Shown: piece by piece, positions 20,268 to 31,113 of the stretch
How positions within the stretch are numbered: the first letter of the stretch is position 1
How the letters are laid out: each line of letters begins with the position of its first letter
From: a candidate division FCPU426 bacterium
GTDB taxonomy: Bacteria > Oederibacteriota > Muellerivitia > Muellerivitales > Muellerivitaceae
DNA: 64,000 nucleotides
Assembly: GCA_963771075.1 (NCBI GenBank)
Contig: CAVYSE010000003.1
Location: 288,001-352,000, forward strand
Direction: 5' to 3'
Notes under the pieces: model-generated
The model's input: only the letters and a program-made list of their open reading frames with translations
Databases searched by the model: none
Told to the model about the DNA's origin: nothing
Program-made: the position numbers and the translations under genes

Positions 20268-20543
20268 TCAGGACAAAACGGCTTCTTTTAAATCTTTCAA
20301 AACCCTGAACTTTACGACTTTTTTCGCGGGTACTTGAACCATTTCGCCGGTCCGTGGATTACGAGCGGTCCGGGCCTTACGGTCCTTCAATTGAAACACT
20401 CCCAATCCATCCAATTTGATTTTGTATTCGGTTTTCAGTGTTTTATAGATGGTGTTCCGAAGGGCTTGCATCACATTATCAACGTCTTTTTTCTTTAAAC
20501 CAGTATCAGTCGCCAAGGTTCCCAACAATTCGCTTTTGGTCAA
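20268..20543 (-). CDS. hup: HU family DNA-binding protein
   Basis: MTKSELL, GLGVF, ARTARNPRTGE..VPAKKVVKF; AGGAGG SD with TTG start. Confidence 0.95.
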   Translation of the reverse strand: MTKSELLGTLATDTGLKKKDVDNVMQALRNTIYKTLKTEYKIKLDGLGVFQLKDRKARTARNPRTGEMVQVPAKKVVKFRVLKDLKEAVLS

Positions 20544-20622
20544 CTTCCACCTCCTGGAATAGCGATTCCAATGTCATTTATATCAAGGAATTCGAGGTCT
20601 AGGCAAGGATTTTCTATGTTTT

Positions 20623-21246
20623 TCAACGGTTTTTTGATTTCCCGCTATCTTTAGGCCCCATTGAAAAGGAAATGTACCTTTGGAGGGTCCTAGGGCTCAC
20701 ATTCAGCAGGGCGGCCAACTGATGGCGAGTCATTCGTGTTTGGTCGAGAAGCATCTTGATAAATACCCGGTAAAAGGACTTCCGGGCCTTGGATAAGGTG
20801 TCTTTTTTGTCAAAGCTTTGTTTCGCGATAGTTTCCACCATGGGGGACAGATGGGTATAACCCCGCCCTTTCCTACGGTTTCCTGATAGGGAGGCTTTGA
20901 TTTTCCGGGTCAGGGCGGAATGTTCCATTTGGGTCCAAATAACGTCATCGAAGCCCATCTTCATGGCGGAAATCACGGAGGATAGGTCGGAGGTTTGAAA
21001 AAGTACGACTTTGACGCCATGGGGTTGAAGTAGGCATAACTTCTGAAAGTCCAATGGGCCAGAAGGCGCTATCGAATCCCACTGGATTAGAAGGAGGTCG
21101 TACCTGTTGGAGGCTAGCGACAGCCAGGCATCCTCAGCGTCCGATGAGGAGCGCAGGGTCCCGAGGGAATGGCAAACCATCTCGAGGGACTTTCTAAAAA
21201 GAGGTTCTGTCAGGAGTATAAAAATTTGTTTATTTTGATCTCCCAC
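20623..21246 (-). CDS. Degenerate receiver domain + Fis-like HTH regulator
   Basis: REC-like YDLLLIQW / VISAMKMGFDD; C-terminal AALLNVSPRTLQR HTH. Confidence 0.7.
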   Translation of the reverse strand: MGDQNKQIFILLTEPLFRKSLEMVCHSLGTLRSSSDAEDAWLSLASNRYDLLLIQWDSIAPSGPLDFQKLCLLQPHGVKVVLFQTSDLSSVISAMKMGFDDVIWTQMEHSALTRKIKASLSGNRRKGRGYTHLSPMVETIAKQSFDKKDTLSKARKSFYRVFIKMLLDQTRMTRHQLAALLNVSPRTLQRYISFSMGPKDSGKSKNR

Positions 21247-21383
21247 ACCATTCTCCCTGAGTTTTGGAACAAGTTATTTTATCGATTTGTGGGCTAGGGG
21301 TAACCAAAAATAGGGCAAGACGCCACCCTGTGCGGAAGGAACCTTGGATGGATGCTCAACCCAACAAAACGAACCAACTATCT

Positions 21384-22340
21384 TCAATTCGACGTTTCCC
21401 TTCCCAACTCCCGGCGCAGGGACGGATCCTCCAAGAGGCGGAAATAAAGGAAAAGATATTCACTGACCAAACCGCACCAGGAGCCGAAGGCCTTCCTCGC
21501 CCGCTTCACGAGGACCGGGTACTGGGCGGGGGTGGGGTTGACGCCCACCGGGCCCAGGAAACGCACCGAGGAGAAATACTTTTTTAGGGCCCTGAGGACC
21601 CACCGGTCCACCGGAAAGGCGGTGCCGTGGTCCAGGGAGAATAAAAGGACGCAGTCGGCGATCTTGGGACCGATTCCCTCCAGGGCCGTCAGGGCCATCC
21701 GGGCCTCATCGCAGGGGACGGTCCGCAGGTAGGGTAATGAGATCACCCCTGCCTCCAGGGAACGGGCCAATTTAATGATGCGTTCCGCCCGGGCCCGGTT
21801 ATTGTTTGCGAACGGCCTTAAATCCGCAGGAATGAGTTGGCTGACCAGTCCGGGCTCCGGAAAAGCGTGGAACCCGGGAACTTCTTCCATCTCCGATCCA
21901 AATCTCGCGCAAAACCGATCGAGCGCCTTTTGGATGACCTTAACGGAAAGGCTTTGGGCGAAAAGGTAGGATACCGCGCATTCCCAGGGTTCCTGGCGGA
22001 TAAGCCTTAAGCCCCTTAAAAGCCGGAGGGGTTTGGAAAGCACGGGATGATCCTGAAAGGCTTCCTCAAACCCGGCCAAGTCCTGTCGCAGGTTCAGATA
22101 ATCGGCGATCCAATCTCCCGCTTCGGTTTCCCGGACCCTGGGGGAGGAACATTCCCAATGGACCTTCGAACCCTCCTGTCGGACCCTCCAAAACGCGCCT
22201 CCCGCCACGCCCTCGAACCATCCGGGAAGTTCGGATTTTTTCCACCGGAAACATTGCCCGCATAAAAGCGTTAGGCCCAGGTCAAAGGATCCGTTCGGCT
22301 GGAGAACTCCCCGGGCGGGGAGGGAAAAAACCAAGGTCAT
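21384..22340 (-). CDS. 8-oxoguanine DNA glycosylase (OGG/HhH-GPD family)
   Basis: TLLCGQCFRW, GLRLIRQEPWE, GIGPKIADCVLLF, FPVD. Confidence 0.9.
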   Translation of the reverse strand: MTLVFSLPARGVLQPNGSFDLGLTLLCGQCFRWKKSELPGWFEGVAGGAFWRVRQEGSKVHWECSSPRVRETEAGDWIADYLNLRQDLAGFEEAFQDHPVLSKPLRLLRGLRLIRQEPWECAVSYLFAQSLSVKVIQKALDRFCARFGSEMEEVPGFHAFPEPGLVSQLIPADLRPFANNNRARAERIIKLARSLEAGVISLPYLRTVPCDEARMALTALEGIGPKIADCVLLFSLDHGTAFPVDRWVLRALKKYFSSVRFLGPVGVNPTPAQYPVLVKRARKAFGSWCGLVSEYLFLYFRLLEDPSLRRELGRETSN

Positions 22341-22344
22341 CGCC

Positions 22345-22668
22345 TCACTTGAAGATTTTTCGGTAAAGCCAGGCCGTCAAAACGATCGGCAGGGGCAGGA
22401 TAATGGCCTTGGCGTTCCATTGGTTTAAGCCAAGGAAAACAACCTGGTTCAGGAGAAATAAAACCGAGTAACCCCAAAGCGCCCAGCGCTTGAGGAACCA
22501 AAGCCCGCCCAGGAAAAAGGCCGAGGCGGCGGTGGCCAGGGAAAGATAACCGGGAAACCAATAGGCGTATGATCTCATGACGGGAGAGATCACCAGCATC
22601 ATGTTCAGGAACACGCCCACCAGGCCTAGAAGAATAAGAAGGGATAGAAAGGCGGGGCGGGAACTCAC
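22345..22668 (-). CDS. Small membrane protein (~4 TM)
   Basis: 107 aa, hydrophobic; GGLWFLKRWALWGY; AAGGA SD. Confidence 0.7.
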   Translation of the reverse strand: MSSRPAFLSLLILLGLVGVFLNMMLVISPVMRSYAYWFPGYLSLATAASAFFLGGLWFLKRWALWGYSVLFLLNQVVFLGLNQWNAKAIILPLPIVLTAWLYRKIFK

Positions 22669-22755
22669 AGTTTTTTTCCTTTAACGGATTGGGGATGACT
22701 GACCAGCGAAACGAAGCTTTTCCCAACAACCCCCGGACCGGCCAAGAAAAACGAT

Positions 22756-22953
22756 CTATTTCGGGGCGGGTTTCCGGCGGGGTTTCCGGCGCCTTTCCTT
22801 CTTGCGGCGGGGGTCTTTCAAGGAACGGGGTTTCTCCCCGGCGGACCCCATCCACCTGCGGTCCTCATTTCGCCGGTCGCTCGTCTTTCGCTTGTCCGCT
22901 GGGGGAGCTCCCTTTCCGGCCAAACGATCCAAAAAGTTTTTCCACCAACCCAT
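22756..22953 (-). CDS. Small basic protein with repeated (D/E)RR motifs
   Basis: GGGAGG SD; MGWWKNFLDRL...DKRKTSDRRNEDRRW...RRKKERRRK. Confidence 0.55.
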   Translation of the reverse strand: MGWWKNFLDRLAGKGAPPADKRKTSDRRNEDRRWMGSAGEKPRSLKDPRRKKERRRKPRRKPAPK

Positions 22954-22984
22954 GTGAGCCTCCCTTGTGAATTCCGCCTTCGAT

Positions 22985-23734
22985 TTACCTAAATGTCCCA
23001 TCCAGGGGAAGTACATTTTTCGTCATTCCGTTACCTTCCAGAAGGATGCGCAGTCGCTTGACCTCCTGCCGGGCACGGACCGCGGTCCCTAAGGCACCCA
23101 AGGCCACCATCAGGATCAGGATGAGAAACCCGATCAACCAGTCCGTTTGGCTGTCATTTCCGCTTTCGGTCCGATTCACCTCGTTTTGAAGGGCCTGGAT
23201 CTTGGCCAGGGTTTCATCCACTTTTTTTTCGGTATTCACCTGGGAAGCCGTTAGTTCGTGGTATTGATCCGAGGCATTGCGGCCCATCAGGGACAAGATG
23301 GTCTCCACGCGGCTTTCCAACCCGTTGTCCACCGGCGGAGGGACCTTCACCGGCGCGGGGGCAGGCCGAGTTCTCTTCTTTACGACGCGGGGCGCAGGCT
23401 TCGCGGCGGGAGGGGGAACGGAAAGGCTGATGACCGGCGCCGCTTCGGGTTGGGGTTGGGCCGTTCTTCCGGTACCGATCCAAATCTCGGTTTTGCGGTT
23501 TTGTTCTTTTTCCTTTATTAAAACCACCAATAAATCCGATGCTTTCTTGTTTTTCGAGTCGATTTGCAGGGCTTGGCTGTCGAGGAGGATGGCCTGGTCA
23601 AAGTCTCCTTGCAGATAGGCTTGGAGAGCCCCCTGATAGGCCTCGTTGGACATATCGCCATAGGGCGCATCGGCCCCCCAGTTCAGGACGGGTCCCAACC
23701 AAACCACCGCGCATAAGATAATCAATGAACGCAT
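22985..23734 (-). CDS. Exported hypothetical protein (TPR-like N-terminus, Pro linker, coiled coil, C-terminal TM)
   Basis: Signal peptide MRSLIILCAVVWL; AYQGALQAYLQGDFDQAI; C-terminal hydrophobic helix. Confidence 0.7.
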   Translation of the reverse strand: MRSLIILCAVVWLGPVLNWGADAPYGDMSNEAYQGALQAYLQGDFDQAILLDSQALQIDSKNKKASDLLVVLIKEKEQNRKTEIWIGTGRTAQPQPEAAPVISLSVPPPAAKPAPRVVKKRTRPAPAPVKVPPPVDNGLESRVETILSLMGRNASDQYHELTASQVNTEKKVDETLAKIQALQNEVNRTESGNDSQTDWLIGFLILILMVALGALGTAVRARQEVKRLRILLEGNGMTKNVLPLDGTFR

Positions 23735-23769
23735 AGGACGCCTACCCCTCTTCCTTCTAAAATTCAGGT

Positions 23770-24612
23770 TCAATTCTCATTCAACATAATGAGGGCCCCA
23801 AAACGCCCGGTGGCCCGATCGGGGGAAGCCTCGGCCCGGTGGGAGTAAAAAAGGTCCATCCGCTTGATGGTGCACAGGCCCGCCCGGAGTATCTGTCCGG
23901 GGGTGACGCCCAATTCGAGGATTTGCCGGGCGTTCGCTTCCTCCAGGTCGAGTTTGTATTTTTCCTTGACCCCGGGAGCCAGGACCTCGCCCGCCCAGGG
24001 AAAGACCGATTGGAATGACTCCGCCACTTCCTTCCCCACCTCGTAACAACAGCCGCCGATGGCCGGGCCGAGCGCCACCTTCACATCCGAGGCGCGGGTC
24101 CCGAACTCCTCCCCCATCCGCAGGAGGGTCTTGGCCCCCACATGGTTGACAGTTCCCCGCCAGCCGGCGTGGGACAGGCCTACCGCCCGGTGCACCGGAT
24201 CATAAAAAAGGATCGGCATGCAGTCGGCCACCAGGATCATCAGGGGGACCCCGGGGACATCGGTGATCAGTCCGTCTCCCTCTCCCAATACACCGTCCAG
24301 GGGTATGCGCTCATCCCTCATGATACGCCGGATAATGTCCCCATGGACTTGATCCAAGGCGGCCGGGTGGGTACCCCGGATCCCCACGGCTTTCATCAAT
24401 AAATGGCGGTTTTCCTCCACCCGGATGGATTCATCCCCGACCTTAAAACTGAGGTTCAGCTCCTTCAACCTCCCCCGGCTCACTCCGCCCCGCCGGGTGG
24501 AAATGGCATGGGTCAATTGGGAAGGATCTCCCAAACCCGGAAAGGTCAGGAGAGAGACCCCGCCCTGGGTCGTTAAAAGGGTGTCAGCGCTTGGCTTGTC
24601 GGTTGTCGTCAC
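23770..24612 (-). CDS. pgeF: PgeF/YfiH family protein
   Basis: STRRGGVS, QVHG, DGLITD, VADCMP, HAGWRG, GPAIGGCCYEVG, FYSHR. Confidence 0.93.
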   Translation of the reverse strand: MTTTDKPSADTLLTTQGGVSLLTFPGLGDPSQLTHAISTRRGGVSRGRLKELNLSFKVGDESIRVEENRHLLMKAVGIRGTHPAALDQVHGDIIRRIMRDERIPLDGVLGEGDGLITDVPGVPLMILVADCMPILFYDPVHRAVGLSHAGWRGTVNHVGAKTLLRMGEEFGTRASDVKVALGPAIGGCCYEVGKEVAESFQSVFPWAGEVLAPGVKEKYKLDLEEANARQILELGVTPGQILRAGLCTIKRMDLFYSHRAEASPDRATGRFGALIMLNEN

Positions 24613-25975
24613 TTTTTTCCACCTTGTCCCGATAGGCTAAAATCCCGTCCGCGATGGACCGGGCGATCTTGTCTTGCCATTCCCCATTCCTCAATTTCTG
24701 TTCTTCCTTGGGATTACTGATAAAAGCGGTTTCCACGAGAATGGACGGCATATTCACATGGCAAAGCACATAGAACGGAGCGGTTTGGATACGCCGAATT
24801 TGCTGGCCCAGGTTCTTACGGATGTTTTTATCCACAAATTCCGCCAGGGTCCCGCTGTTCTCCCCGAACTTGTTATGCAGCATGTCGCTTTTGATGAAAT
24901 CCAAATAATCCCCTTTCCCGTTTTCCCGGGAGGCCTGGTAAGCGGCCCTTTGGTTGGAGGCCCGGGCGCCGTACTTGTAGGTTTCCGTACCGGTGGCCTT
25001 GGACCGGGGGTTGGAATTGCAATGGATGGATACGAAAAGGTCCGCATTGCGGCTGTTGGCGTACTCGGTGCGGTAATTGAGGGAAATGTAATAATCCCCG
25101 GTTCGGGTCAGGAACACGTCCAGGTCGGGATCCTTTTGAAGCAAGGCGACGACCTTTTTCGCGATCTCGAGGGTGGCTTGTTTTTCATAGTAGCGCCTGT
25201 CGAATCCGCTGGCGCCGTAATCCTTGCCGCCATGCCCCGGGTCGATGATGATCCGCCGGACATGGTACTGCTTGTTATCGGACACCCGCTGCGCTTCCAA
25301 TACGGAAGGAAGGGGGGCCCGCGCGATGGGCGCTTCGGCCTCCGGCGTTTCCTCCGCGACCGGCGTCGCTTCCGCCACCGCCAAAGGCGTCGAGGGGGAA
25401 ACGGGCGTCGCCTTGGCATTCATGATTTCCTGGCGTAGTTCCTGGGCATTCACTTCCCCGGCCACCAGGGTTTGCCGGTCCCAATCCCAACGGACATCCT
25501 GGTCCAGGAGGACGCTCAAGAGATCCTCCGCGGAAGCGGGTGGAAGTCCCACTTCCCCATTCACCGTCTCCGCGGGGTCCATGGGATAGGAATCCTCGTT
25601 TTGCATCACGAGAAAAAAGGGCTGGGAAAGAGCCAAGCGGACCCGGACGTCGCCTTTGGTCAGGGTGATCTTCCCGTCCAAATCATCCTTTTCGATCTCC
25701 ACTCCGTAATACCGGGCCGTTTCCCGCAAGGGAAGGTAGAGCTTGCCGTCGGCGGTTCTTAAGATCGAGACAATCCCCTGGCCCGGGCCCTGGGCGAAAC
25801 GCAGGGTCGCGGATTCCACGACCGGGGTTTGACCCCGGCCCAGGGACATCCCCCCCAAAAGGAAAACCAGGCCCAGCGAACCGGTTAGCCCTTTCCCGCC
25901 GCCAAAATGAAGCGGGCTCCCATGCGGCCGGTTCCTGTTCTTATTCGTGAAAAATATTGAAAACAATGGCTTCAT
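24584..25975 (-). CDS. N-acetylmuramoyl-L-alanine amidase (Amidase_3)
   Basis: IIDPGHGG, YEK, LFVSIHCN, PSILVETAFISN. Confidence 0.92.
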   Translation of the reverse strand: MKPLFSIFFTNKNRNRPHGSPLHFGGGKGLTGSLGLVFLLGGMSLGRGQTPVVESATLRFAQGPGQGIVSILRTADGKLYLPLRETARYYGVEIEKDDLDGKITLTKGDVRVRLALSQPFFLVMQNEDSYPMDPAETVNGEVGLPPASAEDLLSVLLDQDVRWDWDRQTLVAGEVNAQELRQEIMNAKATPVSPSTPLAVAEATPVAEETPEAEAPIARAPLPSVLEAQRVSDNKQYHVRRIIIDPGHGGKDYGASGFDRRYYEKQATLEIAKKVVALLQKDPDLDVFLTRTGDYYISLNYRTEYANSRNADLFVSIHCNSNPRSKATGTETYKYGARASNQRAAYQASRENGKGDYLDFIKSDMLHNKFGENSGTLAEFVDKNIRKNLGQQIRRIQTAPFYVLCHVNMPSILVETAFISNPKEEQKLRNGEWQDKIARSIADGILAYRDKVEKSDDNRQAKR

Positions 25976-26056
25976 CCTCGTCTTTTCTCGCCACCGTTCC
26001 CTGGTTTTGGGGCCGGGGTTCCAAACGACCTGGCGGTAAAAAATCCAAATCTCATT

Positions 26057-27312
26057 TTATTCGACATCCGGCGGCACTTCCTTGGCGGCCTTGTGCTTCG
26101 GGTAATGTTTGATCCGGAAAAACCAGCTATAGGCGTAGAGGTGACCTTCGGCGTCCTCCCCCCGGACCGACAGGATGTGCCCCCCGGATGTAAGTTTGTC
26201 CTTGGGTCGGTGCGTCAAAAGCCGGGTGGATGGATCATAGGTATAAAGAACGGGGTGGTTGTCGATCCCCATGTCCACGCTGGAAGGAACGACCGGGTCC
26301 AGGATCCTCACGCTCACGGATGGCTTGTGATCATCGATCAGTTGGCCGTCTCCGGGAAAGACATCCGCCAAGTGCAGGACATGGACGTTAAAAATTTCTT
26401 TAAAGGAAGGATGTTTGACGGGGTAAAGGATCAGGTTGCGGTGCAATTTCATCGGGTGAACCGTGCGGTCGTTGGGGCCGGGACAGACCCCGAAAGCCAG
26501 CTGGTAGCCCAGCTCCCGGGTTTTGGCGGCGATGGTCTCATTGTAATCGCCGTAAGGGTAGGCCAGCACGGTCGAGGCGTAATGGAAATGGTCCTGGATG
26601 AAGGTCAGCGGCGCGCTTAATTCCTCCGCGAGGAATTTCCCGTAATCTTCGGGCGAATAATTTTCCTGCTGTTTGCCCATGTGGGGATGGCTCTTGGTAT
26701 GGCTTTCCACCGTCCAGCCGTTCCTCACCATCTCCTGCAATTGGTCATAACGGAGGGCTCCCTTGGAATCCCCCCCTTCTGCCAGCCGACGAAGTCGGTA
26801 TAGGCGAACAACACCGCGGGGTAGTGGTACCTCTTCACCACGGGATAGGCTATTTCGTAAATGCTTTTGAAGCCGTCATCGAAGGTTAAAAGCACCGCCT
26901 TGGCGGGGAGGGGTTTCCCGTCAAACCAGTAGGCTTTCAACTGCTCGACCGAAATGGGCGTGATCCCGTGGTCCTTGAGGTACTTCATTTCCCAGGCGAA
27001 CTCCGTCACCGGCATGCAATAGCGGGAAAGGATTCCGCTGCCCGCGATGGGCGTCGGCACAAAACGGTGGTAGCAGAGGACCGTGAAACCGTTGTCGGGG
27101 GCGGGTGTGACCATCCCGGGCGGTTTCGCCGGGGCGGCGGGTGAGGCCGTGGCCCGGGCGGCAGCCCTCATCGGGGGAAGCGTAGGGGTCGGCGAGGGCC
27201 GCTCGGCCGTTTTTGCCTCCTGCGCGGCCCAAAGGGGGACGCACCCAAGGGCAAAAACCAGGCCGATCCCGGTCCTCCGCCAACCGACTCCGCGACTCCT
27301 CGCGCTATCCAT
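26057..27312 (-). CDS. Polysaccharide deacetylase (CE4), frameshift near 26740-26780
   Basis: VLCYHRF, LLTFDDG in the first frame; ESHTKSH, AYPYG in the second. Confidence 0.85.
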
Positions 27313-27342
27313 GTTCGCTTTCCTGTCCCCGATCCTTGCGGA

Positions 27343-28509
27343 TCAGTTATTGCTCAAGGTCTTATTTGCGTTCAACAGCCTTTTCCGCATGTAAGCCGGT
27401 ATCTCGTACTTGCTGTCGCCCGTCGCCGCGTAGGGCGCCTCCGAGTCCTCCGGCGTATGGGCCGAGGGCTTGTCCCCCTTGGGCTTGAATTCGGGGTTCA
27501 GGAACTCCTCGTAATTCAAGACCGTTTCCAGGGCCGCGTCCTGCTTCGAGGCCTCGAATCCGGTGGCGATGATGGTGACCCGCAGGCCGTCCTTCAGGTT
27601 CTCATCGCGCACGATCCCGGGGATGATCTCCGCGCCGGGCCGGGCGGATTTCTGGAGGTACCCGTTGATCTCGTTGAATTCCTTCAGGGTGAAGTTGACG
27701 CCCGCCGTGACCAGGACCAGCACCGCGTTGGCGCCGGCGATATCCACGTCCTCCAGGAGGGGGCTGTTGACGGCTTTTTGGACCGCCTTCATGGCCCGAT
27801 CCTCGCCCGTGGCGGCGCCCATGCCCATCAGGACCTTGCCCTTGGCGGTCAGGATCCGCTTCACGTCGGCGAAATCGCGGTTGATGATGCCTTCCGAGTG
27901 GATGATGCCCGAGATGCTCTGGATGGCCTGCACCAGGACCTCGTCCACCTTGGCGAAGGCCGAGACCAGGTCGATGTCCAGGTCGCAAACCGAATTGATG
28001 CGTTCGTTGGGGATGACCACGATGGCGTCCACGTGGGGCAGCATGGCCCGCAGGCCGTCTTCGGCCTGGGTCTTGCGCACCGGCCCCTCGTGCTCGAAGG
28101 GACGGCTGACGACCGCCACGGTGAGGATGCCCAATTTCTTGGCGATCTCCGCCACCACCGGCGCCGCGCCCGTTCCCGTTCCCCCGCCCATGCCGGCGGC
28201 CACGACGACCATGTCGGCCCCTTCCAGGGCCTTCTGGATCTCGTCGGTGGATTCCACGGCGGCTTCCTTGCCGATCGTGGGGTTTCCGCCCGAGCCCAGG
28301 CCCTTGGTCAGCGTCTTGCCCAGTTGGATTTTCTTGCCCGCCTTGCTACGGCGCAGGGACTTGTAGTCGGTGTTGGCCGCGATGCATTCCACACCCTCCA
28401 CCCCGCCTCCATCATCTTGTTGACGGCGTTGCATCCGCCGCCCCCGACCCCGATCACCTTTAATTGGGCCAGGTACTGCGTCACATCGTCTTCCGCGAAC
28501 TCATATCAT
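27343..28509 (-). CDS. ftsZ: Cell division protein FtsZ (indels near the 5' end)
   Basis: LKVIGVGGGGCNAVN, NTD, GMGGGTGTGAAP, INRDFAD, C-terminal EIPAYMRK. Confidence 0.97.
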
Positions 28510-28531
28510 CTTTTTCCCCCTCAATTAAAAT

Positions 28532-28686
28532 CAGCTATTAGCTGTTAGTTCTTAGCTGTTTGCTGCTAGCTTTTGCCAAAAGCCAATCGCTAATGGCCAA
28601 TAGCTTCTTTCTTTACAACTTCCAACTTCATCGCCTTTTGCTGTCGACTGTTGACTGCCGGCTGTCGCCTATTACTGTCGACCGTC
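28532..28686. repeat. Degenerate heptamer repeat tracts (TTAGCT../GCTAA and CTGTCGA) between ftsA and ftsZ
   Basis: AGCTATTAGCTGTTAGTTCTTAGC...GCTAATGGCCAATAGC; CTGTCGACTGTTGACTG. Confidence 0.5.
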
Positions 28687-29942
28687 AAATGGAGTCCCCG
28701 AACCACTTTTTCATCCGGCCCAGGAGCCCCTTCACGTCCTGCCCTCCCGTGAAACCCTTGCCCTTCGCTTGGGTCCCGCTCTTTTGGTACGTTTGGAATC
28801 CCATCAACACCAGACCCACCGCCGTGGAATAAGCTGGGGTTGGAAACCACGTCGGTCAGGCCTCCCACCCGTTTGGGGGACCCGATCCGCACCGGGAGCT
28901 GGAGGATTTTTTCCGCCAGTTCCGCCGTTCCTTCCATCAGGGAGGACCCTCCGGTGATGACGGCCCCGGCGGGGATGCGGTCCTCGAACCCGTGTTTCTT
29001 CAGCTCCGAGGACACCAGTTCGAAGATCTCCTCCATGCGCGCCTCGATGATCTCGGAAAGCACCCGGCGGGGCATGCGCCGGTCCGCCCGCCCGCCCACG
29101 CCCGGCACGGTGATCTCCTCCTCTTCCTTGACCATGGAGGTGTAGGCGCATCCGTACTGGAGCTTGATGGCTTCCGCCTCGGTGTTGGGCGTCCGCAAGC
29201 CGACCGCCACGTCGCTCGTGACCAGCTGGCCGCCCAGGGTGATGATGCCGGTATGCCAGAGGGCCCCGTTGATGAAGACCGCGATGTCGGTGGTGCCCCC
29301 GCCGATATCCACCAGCACCACGCCCAGCTCCTTCTCGTCCTGCGAGAGGATGGCCTCGGCCGAGGCCAGGGGCTGGAGGATGATGTCCGACACCTGGAGG
29401 CCGGCCCGCTCCACGCTTCGCACGATGTTCTGCACGCTGGTGACCGCCCCGGTCACCACATGCACTTCCGCCTCCAGCCGGACTCCCGACATTCCCACGG
29501 GGTTCTTGATCCCGTCCTGGTCGTCCACCACGTACTCCTGGGGGATGACGTGGATGATCTCCCGGTCCATGGGGATGGCGATGGCCTGGGCGGCCTCGAT
29601 GACCCGCTCCCGATCCTCCTCGCTGATCTCCTTGTCCTTGCGGGCCACCGCGATGACCCCCCGGCTGTTCAGCCCCTTGATGTGCCCCCCGGCCACCCCC
29701 GCGAAGGCGGCGCTGACCTCGACGCCCGCCATGCGCTCGGCGTCCGTCACGGATTTCTTGATCGAGGCGATGGTCTGTTCGATATTCACCACCGAACCCT
29801 TCCGCAGGCCCGTGGAGGGGGTGGTGCCCACGCCGATGATGTGGACCTGCCCTTCCTCATCCTGTTCGCCGATGATGGTGCAAACCTTGGTCGTGCCCAG
29901 ATCCAAGCCCACCACGATGTCCTGCTTGATTTCCTTCGCCAT
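28685..29942 (-). CDS. ftsA: Cell division protein FtsA (frameshift near 28830)
   Basis: GLDLGTTK, VDIGGGTT, TGGSS; the corrected frame ends with the amphipathic MTS LLGRMKKWFGDSI*. Confidence 0.96.
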
Positions 29943-30024
29943 CTCCGCCTCCTTGAGTTGAGCCATTAGCTTTTAGCCTCAGGCCTCAAGCCGCGCCTAA
30001 AAGGCCGCGGCTAAACGCTAATTG

Positions 30025-31113
30025 TTACGCGCCCTTTCCCGCCAGTTTCACCAGAACCGTGCCCTCGTAGCGGAAATCCATCGATCCCGCCCGGAGGCCC
30101 TTGTGGGACAGGTCGGAGCGGACCAGGTCCAAACGCCTCAGTTCCACCCCCGTGACCTGCGTATCGAAAGTCGCCGTCACCCCGTCAATGAAAGTCACCT
30201 TCAAGGCCTGGGGATCGGACAGGTTGACTTCCGAGACCTCCTGGGCCAGTCCGTCTTCCCGTTTGGACAGGAAGGCCAGGAAATCCAATCCCGGCTTGAG
30301 GGCCGCGGCCAGGCCCGTGGTCCCTATGGCCTCGGGTGTCACCCGGACCCCCGAGAGAAGGGGCAGGTCCACCTGGGATAATTCCTCGCTGGCGGAGAGG
30401 ACCCGGCCCTCTTCCGTGACGCCGTAGAGGGCCCCGCTGTCCAAAAGCGCCGCGGGTTTACGTTCCTTCACCGAGATCAAGACCGTTTGGGGAAGGCGCC
30501 GTTCCAAGTAGACCTTCTCCACCCAATCCATTTTCTCCAGCCTGGCCGCGGCCTCGACCAGGTCCAGTTTGAACATGTTCTCTCCCATGGGCAGTCCGGC
30601 GGTTTTCATCACGTCCTCGGCCCGCAGGAACCGGCATCCCTGCAGGGTCACCTTCGCCAGCTTGAACCCCGAGGCCTCCTGGAGCCGGCCCAGGACCTCG
30701 TTCTTACCCCACCAGGCCAAGCCGATCATCGCGATGAGGGCGGCCGCCTTTGCGACCCCCTTCACCCCGCCCCAGGCTTCCCGGATGGGGAAGGCGGTTT
30801 GAACGGTCCCCGGCTGGGAGGAAGGCCGGTAAAAGGGCGAGGCCGACCCCTCCTCCACCCGCTCTTCCCGGGGGGGCTTGGGGTCCTTCCCTTTTTTCAA
30901 GAAAAAGAGGAACCCCTTTTTGGACTCGGACGCGACCCTCTTATCCTGCGGCAGGTTCAATCCATAAGCCCGGCCGTTCCACCGGCTCTCCCGGAAACGG
31001 GAGACCGCTGAAAACCGGCTCTCCAGGGAACGACGAACCGGACTTCCTGCCGCCGCTGGACGGGAAGCCGAACCCTGGCCTTTCAGGAGAACCTTGGTGC
31101 CCCGGTAGTGCAT
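30025..31113 (-). CDS. ftsQ: Cell division protein FtsQ/DivIB with a long N-terminal extension
   Basis: TM, POTRA (WVEKVYLERRLPQTVLISVKERKP), LPLLSG, DFRY; located between ddl and ftsA. Confidence 0.88.
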   Translation of the reverse strand: MHYRGTKVLLKGQGSASRPAAAGSPVRRSLESRFSAVSRFRESRWNGRAYGLNLPQDKRVASESKKGFLFFLKKGKDPKPPREERVEEGSASPFYRPSSQPGTVQTAFPIREAWGGVKGVAKAAALIAMIGLAWWGKNEVLGRLQEASGFKLAKVTLQGCRFLRAEDVMKTAGLPMGENMFKLDLVEAAARLEKMDWVEKVYLERRLPQTVLISVKERKPAALLDSGALYGVTEEGRVLSASEELSQVDLPLLSGVRVTPEAIGTTGLAAALKPGLDFLAFLSKREDGLAQEVSEVNLSDPQALKVTFIDGVTATFDTQVTGVELRRLDLVRSDLSHKGLRAGSMDFRYEGTVLVKLAGKGA

